Shown here: piece by piece, positions 28,466-39,490 of the stretch
Layout: every line of letters starts with the position of its first letter
How positions within the stretch are numbered: position 1 is the first letter of the stretch
Position numbers and translations under genes: made by a program
Notes under the pieces: model-generated
What the model was told of the DNA's origin: nothing
The model's input: only the letters and a program-made list of their open reading frames with translations
Databases searched by the model: none
Assembly: GCF_006345805.1 (NCBI RefSeq)
Contig: NC_042997.1
Coordinates: forward strand, 50,468,001-50,532,000
Direction: 5' to 3'
Source of the DNA: Octopus sinensis
Taxonomy: Eukaryota
DNA: 64,000 nt

Positions 28466-28751
28466 TCCCTTGTAATTGCTGGTCTTCAGCTAAAATTAGG
28501 AACAATAATATAAAGCTCCATAGTTAATGATTCACACATGATTCTGCAGTTTTTCACTTAAGCTCTGTCAGGGTTGATTTCAATGGTCAGCATTAATAAA
28601 TTTTTAAGTATGAAGCCACAAGTATTTGAAACCTAATTCATATCTATGGCTTAGGGATATTGAACACAAATCTTTGTTTCATATGATGGATATATAAATT
28701 ACCTGCTGTACTGCATGCACACATGGAGGCTTATACCATACACTTATAGAG

Positions 28752-29582
28752 GCCAGGAAAACCTGGGATGAGGTGGTGAAGCACGACCTATGTACATTGG
28801 GCCTTACTGAGGGAATGACTAGTGGCCGAGACCTTTGGAGATATGCTGTGCTTGAGAAGACCCAACAAGCCAAGTGAGACCCTGGCCCATGGCCTGTACT
28901 AGTGGGTGTAACCGGCCCACTTATGAAAACCCCTCATTCATTGGACAATAAACTTCGTTTGTGAAGACCTATTGAGGCAACTGAAATCAAAATCAAAATC
29001 GCTGACAAGGCTGATAATAGTACCACCTGATTGGCACTTGTGCCAGTGGAACATTAAAAGCACATCTGAACGTGGGGTGTAACTGGCCCACTTGTGAGTA
29101 CCCCTCATTCATTAGACAATGAACTTTGGTTGCGAAGACCTATTGAGGCAAGTGAAAACAAATCAAAATTGCTGATGTGGCCAATGACAGTGCCGCCTGA
29201 TTGGCACTTGTGCCATTGGAATGTTAAAAGCACATCCGAGCATGATCATTGCCAGGGCCATGGACTGGCTTCCGTTCCAGTGACACGTGAAAATCACCAT
29301 TCGAGCGTAATCATTGCCAGAGTTGCCTTACCAGGTAGCACATAAAAAACACCTTTTGAGTGTCGTCGTTGCCAGAACCACCTGATTGGTCCTCATGCCG
29401 GTGTCACATAAAAGCACCCAGTACACTCTCAGCCTGATTGGCATTAAGAAGGGCATCCAGCTGTAGTAACTGCGAGATCAAGATTGGAGCCTGGTGCAGC
29501 CATTTGGTTCGCCAGTCCTCAATCAAACCGTCCAACCCATGCCAGCATGGAAAACGGATGTTAAACAATGATGATGATGATA
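28752..29582 (+). mobile_element. 3' end of an RTE-clade LINE (ORF C-terminus plus 3' UTR)
   Basis: Translates RKTWDEVVKHDLCTLGLTEGMTSGRDLWRYAVLEKTQQAK*, typical of RTE C-termini; ends in the (GAT)n tail shared with 11317 and 22122. Confidence 0.75.
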
Positions 29583-29950
29583 ATGTATCTATTCATGTAA
29601 ATAAATAACATGCATTCACACTTTTATGTACATGTGCATTCATTTCGTCTCAGGTATTTCTTGGAGACCCTCTAAATGTCATACTCTAAATGTCATACTC
29701 CTAGATAAAAAGTTAAGGATATACATATACAAAGTATAATACTCATACTTACTAGCATTCATATACACATACATTGATACACACAAACACAACCAAACAC
29801 AAATATATGTGTATATAAATGCACATCTGAACTGGTGAAGCAGTTGTGCATTATCCATTTATCTTAACAAGATAGCATCTATTGCATTTAATTTAAACTC
29901 ATTTATTATTCCTTTGCTGACCTAAGCAATTCCTTTGTAGATTTTGTTTA

Positions 29951-30017
<67 letters not shown>

Positions 30018-31354
30018 GTTTGCTTCTGTTCCTAGCAGGTATTATTGATTAAAAAGGTCTGAGGTGGGTAAGGATGGAATGACATCACCACTTTTTTTAA
30101 TTTGAATAATTTTGACACAAAATCATTTCAGATATCCTTTACCGGATCCCTTTGGTCATTCTACGGTTGTTTAGCTAATGGCAATTATTAGTTCTGTTCT
30201 CATCATCTGACTTCATCAGATTTCTGTACATTTCTTTATGTTTTGTTTGTACAAGATAAATCACTTTCCTGTGTCACAAAAATTATACTGCATGTTTAAC
30301 AAGATTCCTAGTATCAAATCTTCAGGAAATAATCATAATTATCTCTGTGTCATACAAAAAATCAATAGCTTAGTCATATCTACGTGTGTTATGTTTATTA
30401 TAGCAACTATTTCAAATGATTTATCTTTATATCTTGACCATATTTATTACCAGAAGCATTTAGTAGATTTATAATGTTTTGATAACTGAATGTAAAGAAT
30501 GTAAAGAAATTTTAATTAAAAGTATCCCTAAGAACCAAAATTTTTACATGAGAGGAAATGGATAGCGAACATTTAAAAAATTTTTATTGATCTATATTAT
30601 TTATTTAATTTTTTCCATTTTTCAGCAATGTATTACAAATTAGCTTTAAAAAAATAGAAGAAAAACCTGTTGGGAAAAAACAATTATAACATAAAAATTT
30701 AGTAAATTATTATTAAAATATTGAAAGGTTAGTAACAATAGTTGTGGCAACAAAAATAATATTTGAAATGAACATATTCAGTTTTAAGTGAGATTCTGTG
30801 GCTGAGCTGTTCAATCTCTTCTGTATTCTACAAAAACATTCAGATGAATTGTCACTCTGCCAAGAATGTTTACACATAGAATTCCAATGTTCTTACTGAG
30901 TTCAGCAAAAAGAACAGGTATTCAGGTAGCTCCTACACACAATGTGTATGTTGCATTCTTGTAGTTTGGTCTTTGCTGAAATCAGATCCACAAAACCTCT
31001 TATTCCAACCACATCCATTATTTACTTTCTGAAATTTTTTTGTCACCCTTCCACATTTTTTAATGGTAAGCCTAGACTTAATTTTCATCATGAAATTTTC
31101 AGGGAAAAAATTAAGATATTTAATTCATATTTGAAGACACTTTGTGTATGTCATTAAAATTGGCATTGGTTTTACTGAATTGGTGAATATATATGCAAAT
31201 TTTGACTGTTAATCATTGAACATGGGGCATTCTTTCACTTCAGTCTTTGCTAGAATCATCTCCAAAAGCCTCTTAAACTAAATCGCATTATATTTCGTTT
31301 CTGGATTTGGTTTGCAAGGTTCTTTATATGAGTTCATGTGTTGAAGCACATTCA

Positions 31355-31535
31355 GTTGTGTCTGGGGAGAGTCATTTTCTTTTTGTGCCTTATAATGTAA
31401 CACACACACCGGTAAAATTTCCACTTATTTCTTATTTTTTCTTATTTTTATAAAAATAAGAAATAAGTGGACATTTTACTGGTGAGTGTGTTACATTATA
31501 AGGTACAAAAAGAAAATAACTCTCCCCAGACACAA
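31355..31535. repeat. Foldback inverted repeat, about 85-bp arms
   Basis: GTTGTGTCTGGGGAGAGT...CCACTTATTTCTTATTTTT pairs with its reverse complement with about 5 differences. Confidence 0.9.
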
Positions 31536-32419
31536 CATAATAAACCCTATTAGTCCAAATTGCAATTACTTTTTGTTGCTCTTTCAAAATTATTTAATCT
31601 TGTACTCCATTAAAATTATTTGAAAAGTCAGCTACATATAAATATCTATTGGTCATTGAATAATGAACTCTGTGCTCTGAGTTAATTTGAACGATTCAGC
31701 ATCAGTAGCATACTATATATTTCAATAGCTTACTTTGCAAGTCTTGGCTCAAATCTATAACTAAATGTAGGATTCAATGAAACAAAAAATAAAAATAGCA
31801 GAAAAGAAAAAAAGAGTTAAACTCCTGAGTTCTAAATAAAAAAAAGTCATTATAAATTATATAACAACCAAGAGGAAATGTGCGGTTATTGCTGTTGTTT
31901 AACACCAGGTTCATTTTAATGGTGCAGGTTTATGATCAAAGCATTCTAACTGTGACCAGCCTGTTTTTTAAAAGAGTACATTAAGGACTCTATGAGCTAA
32001 TATGGACCTTGAGTTTCTTTTAAGATGGCGGGTTAGTTTGTGAGGAAAATTTAATTATTATTTCTAGCAGGTTGAGTGACAATACTGAATGTTCCAGGAT
32101 TTGAATTTGGCTATATGTGGACATATCCATATCATTTTAGTATTTCTTTCTTTATGCTGGCATGAGGTTGGACAAAAAATAAAACAATGAAATAATTTGA
32201 TGTTGGAGTATTAAGATGAATATTTATTCATACATGTGCACATGCGCACATACAGATGCATACATAAATATGAATGTAACTGGTATGTATCCCCATGTAT
32301 GATAGACTGCATTTAAAATTGACAGTGTAGATATGTTTGTGTAATGAAGTTATTAAACAGATGTAGATTGCATATATTTCCCTTCTTACTCTACGCATTT
32401 AGTTGCAAAAATCTATATT

Positions 32420-32444
32420 TTCTATTTTCTTTGTCTATTTTCAG
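32420..32444 (+). promoter_or_regulatory. 3' splice acceptor of the Tob coding exon
   Basis: Polypyrimidine tract TTCTATTTTCTTTGTCTATTTTCAG|G, 129 nt before the ATG, with no ATG in between. Confidence 0.7.
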
Positions 32445-32573
32445 GAGAACGTGATAAAACTTTTTGTGAAAAGTTTACTTAACTTGCCAAAGGAGCAACG
32501 TGAAGACTAACAGACAACAATCTAAACAAGATTTTGCATTGAATTTTTGACAGTGTTACCTAGGAGCTAAAAC

Positions 32574-34340
32574 ATGCATGTTGAAGTGTCTGTAGCTCTT
32601 AACTTCATTATTTCCTACCTTTACAACAAACTTCCCCGGCGCCGTGTGGATATGTTTGGTCATGAACTTGAAAAGCGTATGAAAACAAAATTTAATGGCC
32701 ACTGGTATCCTGAGCGACCCAATAAGGGTTCAGCTTACCGATGCATCCGAGTTAATGGAGAAAAAGTCGATCCTGACATTGAGAAGGCTGTTTATGGAAG
32801 CGGCTTAGAGATTGGTGAAGTCAGAAGTTATCTACCAGCTGATTTAACTCTTTGGATTGATCCGTCTGAAGTGTCATACCGTCTTAGTGAGAAAGGCACT
32901 GTCAAAATTTTGTATAGTGACAAGAAAGATGATGAACTTCTCGATACTGTTGATCATGAAGTACAGGCAGCAAACAAAGGCTTCAACCCAGAGGCTCAGT
33001 GCTTTAAGCCAATAGATTCTGTATCATCTTCATTGAGTAGTTTAAGTCTATCTCCGTCATCGCCAACTTCACCTGCTGGTTGGAGTACAGCTGCTTCCCC
33101 GTCCACTACTCTCTTCAGTTCAGCTGCAAGTACTAATATGTCCACAGTTGGTAACCAGGCTCCTGGCTCAACAACGCTCACTGTTGTTCATGCTCCATCT
33201 CCTGAAGCTGTTTCTACTACAGTTGCTGCCATAACTAATTTGTCCATATCTAATAACAACAACAACAGTAATAATAATAATAATAACAACAGTAATAATA
33301 ATAATGATAATAATAACAACAACAACAACAATACCACCAGTAACAATGCAAACAATTCAAGTAATACTAACATATCAACTGCTGCAGCTTCAGTTTCTCC
33401 TTCTGCAACTGTCCCATCTTGTCAGCTTTCAAGTCCTGTCATCACCAGTGCTACTCCTGTCATTGCCTCGAGGCCTACATCTTTTCTAACCAAACCAAAC
33501 CTGACATCTCCACAATTCACAGCTTCATCATTTGCACAGACTAAGTTTGGCTCTACCAAACTGAAGAGCCAGGTGAAACGTCCAACTAGATTGTCTCCTA
33601 TTGAATTTCGAAACTACTTCCGACAAAGAGCTGCTGGTTCATCCCTCCAGTCTTCACCAGTGACCCCTACTGGTGGTAGTCTAATTGGACCTGCTCCCCA
33701 ACCAAGTGTACCTGCAGTTGGTGTTTCACCAACTTTAGCTAATTCTGCACTTCGAGTTGGCATGGGTTTTGGTCACCCTAGCCCAGGTTCATCAGCCCCT
33801 GGTACAACACTGGCCACCCGCCCCAGATCTCTCTCTCCCCGTGATCCAAGGATTGAATTTTTATTTGAGCAACACCATCAACAACCACAACAACAGCAAG
33901 TGCAGCATCCACATCATAGATATATGGCATCTGTGAATCAAAAACCAATAGTTGCTTCTCAGTCAACTCTGCTCTCACCGGCACCCTCCCATGATGTGAC
34001 AGCAACTTCTCCACTACCTCACCACCAACAACTCAATCAGACTCTCTTACAACCAGGAAATTCTCAAACACAACCACACCAATCATCTCCTCAACCACCT
34101 CTGCCCTCTCCATCATCGACTGGTTTGACTCTTCGGGATTTTTACCAGTCACCACTTTCAAACCCCTTTCAACTGTCTCCAGCTCATGGCAGCTTGCCCT
34201 TCACTGATTTTATGCCCAACACTTTAAGTCCTAGCAACCCTTTACTCCCGGACAGTCGTAAGTCTTTCATAGAAGCCCTGAGCAACATAGGCAATCCTGC
34301 ATATAACAACCAATTCCATCATTTACTTGTTGCCAACTAA
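32574..34340 (+). CDS. TOB: Tob (transducer of ERBB2) ortholog, BTG/Tob antiproliferative, CCR4-CAF1 deadenylase adaptor
   Basis: N-terminus VALNFIISYLYNKLPRRRV...GHWYPERPNKGSAYRCI...WIDPSEVSYRL is the BTG domain of Tob type; PAM2 motif KGFNPEAQCFKP; Tob-specific FAQTKFGSTK motif; uninterrupted 588-codon ORF. Confidence 0.97.
   Translation: MHVEVSVALNFIISYLYNKLPRRRVDMFGHELEKRMKTKFNGHWYPERPNKGSAYRCIRVNGEKVDPDIEKAVYGSGLEIGEVRSYLPADLTLWIDPSEVSYRLSEKGTVKILYSDKKDDELLDTVDHEVQAANKGFNPEAQCFKPIDSVSSSLSSLSLSPSSPTSPAGWSTAASPSTTLFSSAASTNMSTVGNQAPGSTTLTVVHAPSPEAVSTTVAAITNLSISNNNNNSNNNNNNNSNNNNDNNNNNNNNTTSNNANNSSNTNISTAAASVSPSATVPSCQLSSPVITSATPVIASRPTSFLTKPNLTSPQFTASSFAQTKFGSTKLKSQVKRPTRLSPIEFRNYFRQRAAGSSLQSSPVTPTGGSLIGPAPQPSVPAVGVSPTLANSALRVGMGFGHPSPGSSAPGTTLATRPRSLSPRDPRIEFLFEQHHQQPQQQQVQHPHHRYMASVNQKPIVASQSTLLSPAPSHDVTATSPLPHHQQLNQTLLQPGNSQTQPHQSSPQPPLPSPSSTGLTLRDFYQSPLSNPFQLSPAHGSLPFTDFMPNTLSPSNPLLPDSRKSFIEALSNIGNPAYNNQFHHLLVAN
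33252..33332 (+). repeat. Coding (AAT/AAC)n repeat, poly-Asn tract in Tob
   Basis: 27 codons N5-S-N7-S-N4-D-N8. Confidence 0.95.
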
Positions 34341-34760
34341 AAACTTTAAATATTTCTTTTTTAAATTTTTAACTGCTGAAAATATTCTTTGTATTTCTTC
34401 TCTGTAATAATTATTTTATTTACCATTAAAATATCTTTAAATTATTCCTCCTACATCTTGTACAAATTAGTTTACTGTTCTTTTTTTTTTTTTTTTTACT
34501 AGTGAGCATTGAGCATGTATTTATGCATGCGATAGAATAGGGTTTACAAATGTTGAAACCATACACAACAGAAAGAGTGCAACCTGTTGCACTTCTAATC
34601 TAACAAGAAAATGATTTTGTGTATCTGAAATCAATAGTCTAACAAATAAAACACAAACTAAACCTTACGAAATGACTGATAATGATTTTAATATTTTTTT
34701 TTTCCTTAGCTTTGGAATGTGAACACTATCAAACAAACAAATATGCATACCTACATACAA

Positions 34761-34795
<35 letters not shown>

Positions 34796-36152
34796 ATATA
34801 TATATACACATACATACATACATACATATATATATATATATTCATTCACATGCATACGTGTGTAACAACCGGCCTAAAAAGTGATATATAATAAGCACTA
34901 AGGATTCATATCTTTAATAAGTGAACTGTGAAATATTCTTTGCTGTTTTTTTTTATTTTTTTATTTTTTCTGTAGAAAAAAAACTGAGAGAGGGAGACAG
35001 CTGTTGGCTTCACTGTTATTATATCAGATAATAAAAAAAAAATAAAATCTGATTTCTAATTATTGATCACTAGCCTGATCTATCAGGAATAGTGTTTCAA
35101 CTAAAGGTAATTTTCATCTTCAGAACATGTTATAAATAGTTACATAAACTGATACTCTTCTGGGTATGTTGTCACCTACTGCTTACATAAATGTTATTGC
35201 CAAAATTTTGATGAATATATTTTTTTTTAAATTCCTATTTGGCAATTAATGAAATATTAAGAAAAGAAATATAAAATTTATTAATGGTTTCAAATTGGAA
35301 GCTTACACACACACACACACACTAACATACACACACACACACACACAGACACACACACACGCACATGCATGTATTATAGATGTAAGTGTGTGTTAGGTGA
35401 TAATATTTTGAAATTACAAAATATAAATGATACCAAGTTTTATTTGACTAAAATCATTTTTATGCTTGTTTATTTGCATCCATTCTACTTTAGTATTGAA
35501 TATAGTTTACATAAATACATAAATTAAAATTTGTTCTTTTTGTAAGCACATGCAAGCCATACACACATACATATAATTACAGAATATACAAGTCTATTAT
35601 GCTTGTTTATTTATCCAAAATAATGTATATTAAAAATAATGGAAAATATTGAAATAGTCAAATTCTGAAGCCACAATACTTTCATAACTTTGCAAAACTT
35701 TATTTGATGATAAAAATTTTACTGTATTTAACCTGCATAATTGATATTCATTTAAAAAAAATTTAAAGAAATAAGACACATGTTAGCAACCTGTGTACTA
35801 TGTCCTATATGTGAATTTATATAACAATGTGCTATACATATATATGTATGTGAAGATGTGTATGTATGCATATATATATATATATATATATATAGCCTGC
35901 ACATGCATATGTATATAAAAAGACTGAACATTAAGTCACAATCTTACTTTGATTCTGTGGTTCATGCAGAGAGTACCAAAAATATATTTATTATAACTCA
36001 CAATATTAAAAAATACTGTGAGAATGAATCTGTTCAGTCTTATATTTTTGCTTATCTCTCCTTCTTCCTCCATGAATCTGGGTAGGGAAGAGAATGAATT
36101 TTACTTAAATTTGAACATTTTTAAACAAAAGATGAGGCAGATAAAAGAAATC

Positions 36153-36186
<34 letters not shown>

Positions 36187-37289
36187 TGAAGAATAACTGC
36201 ATTATCATCAACAATTTTTATCTTCACTCCCTCCACAATATTGATTTTTTTTGCCCCTTTCTATTTTATATTCAGGTTGACTATAAAAAATTTTTTTTAG
36301 TTTTTTTTGCATATCAATTTGGCTAAACTTTATTTGATCCAATCTTTGGGATAGTTTTCTTTCATCTTTTGAAGAGCAATTTCATAAAGTCAGTTCTTGG
36401 TGTAGGGTTTTTTTTCTGTTTACCTTCCCAAAGATCTGTAATATATTGCTAGCTCTAGTTTAGATTTTTCTATGCATGTTGTGAGGCTTTTGATGTGGCT
36501 ATGCCACTTTTATCACATCCATTTCGTATGTGAATCCAATGTACATTTTTTTTGAAGAATACAACAGCAACTTTCAAAAAAGAAAAAAAAAGATTAAAAA
36601 AAATGATTCATAGCCAATATTTCCCCTAACATTAACCCTGTATAATATCAATATCAACCAGCAGTATTTTCTACCTAGATATTCCCTTAAATTCATTGTT
36701 TAAAAATATATGGAAAAAAATATTTAAAAAAATCCAAGAGATTAAATATATATATATTTTTTAATTACTGCAACCAGCTGTTCCTTTTCATATAAAGGGT
36801 ATTTTATTTTGTTGGCCAAAATTGTTTTTGGAAACAAATAGTCTTTTTCTTTTATTTTTCCATACTTTTTATTATATTATTTTCAAAATATGTATATTCT
36901 TAAAACGGCAGAATTTTATCATTTGACTTTTTAACCTAACATTTATTCTTATTTTTAAAATTGTATTCAGCTCACTTTCTTTGAAAGCTATATGTAAGGG
37001 CAGTGTGTGTTCGTATTCGTGTATGCCGAACAATGTATGCATACTAATTCTTGCATACACATGTGTGTAAGTATCTGTGTGTAAATCTGAGGCATTTATT
37101 TAAGTTGTATCAGTGAAAAGGAGTTAAAATATATATATATATGCTGAAAAAAATTCTATTTTTGTTGATATTTATAAATTTCCATATTTTTAGCTTCCAT
37201 TCCTCTATGGTGATACTATTGCAGAAGGTTATGTGAAAGATGATTGATGTTGCATTGATTATAAATTATAGTGTTAATATACTGAGCTG

Positions 37290-37334
<45 letters not shown>

Positions 37335-38140
37335 TGTTTGTATGTATGTGTATTGATCAATTAAAGCTGATAACATATCAATGGACTAAACGCATAGTCA
37401 AAATAATTGCTTTATTGTGTCTAGTTTGGCACCCTGCCATTCTGTTAGGATTGACTTGCTTTTCATTCCTATAAAGTCAATTGAATTGACAGTAAATTTT
37501 TTAAAACCTATTTTAGTAAAAGGTCCTAGTAAAAGGTCCTAGATGAAAGAAATTACTTTTAATTGCAATTTATTTTAACATATATTTAAACATATATAAA
37601 TTACTATGTATTTTAACATGTGCTAAAACATATTTAAATTCAAATGTATTTTAACATAAAAAATAAATTTTAGTGACACAAATGGTATTAATACCAAAAA
37701 TATATATATATATTAGTGACAAACATACATGTTTAAACCTATACATGTTTGGTAAATGACATACACATACATCAAGTATGTCTCAATTATGTTATTAATA
37801 GTAGAACTACCAGGAAAACTAAAAAAGACTCAGGTTTAAATCTTAATAGAATGTTCTATAACTCATGAAATATCTCGTTCATTGCATATTTAATGCACTA
37901 CAGATGATCTCATCTTCATGTGGTATAACTGAGAGTAAGGCCAACTTGCAAAGCTTATCCTTCTTCAAGTATGGGATGACTTGGAAACAAAACAGCAAGT
38001 TAACATGACCTTGTACAAGAAGTTTTGTCAATCCCACTAACGGTTTTAATTATAGGTTCTAAAAACTGTCATGAATATCATTTAGTAATCATTTAGATTT
38101 ATTGAATATGGTTTAAAATGAAGCACACTATTACAGTATT

Positions 38141-38191
<51 letters not shown>

Positions 38192-38483
38192 CACACACAT
38201 ACAAATACACACACTGTTACTTAAAATATATGCTTGGAAATAAGGCATAATGTGATCAAGAAGACAGGATGGAAAAAATATCACGAAATTTAAAAAACAA
38301 AAAAACTTATTTGAAAAATGTTTATATGTAATTTTTTCTTTAAGAAAAAGGAAGAAATAAAATCTAAAAAGTAAACATCACTTAAAACGAATATATCTTT
38401 TTTACCATGCTCTAAATTTCAAATTAGTATAAATTCAATCAATTTATGTGTGTGTGTGTATGTATGTATGTATGCATACATAC

Positions 38484-38523
<40 letters not shown>

Positions 38524-38743
38524 CTGTATGTATCTGTAATGTATGTATGCATGAATCAATATATGCTTATACATATATGTATATATATATATATGTGCAT
38601 ATATATATGTATATATATATATGCGGGAATGTATGGGTGATGGTGACTTGAATTAAGGATGTAGGATTTTGTGGGTTATTACTGACTATATAATTTCCTC
38701 ACACAACAAACTTCGATACTTATAGCTATAGAAAGCATATTTA

Positions 38744-38794
<51 letters not shown>

Positions 38795-39033
38795 ATATAT
38801 ATGTATACATTTCTTAAAATGTTGTCAGATTTTGTATTTTCAACTGTTTAATTTTTAAAATGAAATTTTCAAAATTTTAAAATGTAAAAAATAAAAAGCC
38901 AAAAAAAATAACACAGATATCTTATATTTGTTGAAATCGAGAGGAAAGGAAGCCAGAGATGGGTACCTTGTTTAATATTTAATTATAGTTATTTTGAAAT
39001 ATCTCACAGATCTGGGTATCTTGAAACAATCAA

Positions 39034-39211
39034 CTATATATATATGAATGTATGTATATATATTATATATATTATATATATAATATAATATATATATATG
39101 TGCATATATATATGTATATATATATGTATATATATATATGTGAATGTATGTATGTATATATATATATATATATGTGAATGTATGTATGTATATATATATA
39201 TATATATGTGA

Positions 39212-39242
<31 letters not shown>

Positions 39243-39490
39243 TTATGTATATATATTTATATATACGTATGTATACATATATGTGTATGTATGTATATGT
39301 ATGCATACATGTGTATTTATGTTTATGTATATATACATATATGTATTTATGTATATGGATATATATATATGTGTGTGTGTGATATATATATATATATATA
39401 TGTATGTATATATCAGTAAATTTGTGCATTTTTATACATGTGTATGTTAGTGTATATATGTATATATATATATATGTATATGTGTGTGAT
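39034..39490. repeat. Compound (TA/TATG)n microsatellite
   Basis: Direct reading. Confidence 0.95.

Noticed and set aside
32996-34014. Antisense and alternate-frame ORFs within Tob
   Set aside because: Shadows of the real CDS and its trinucleotide repeat.
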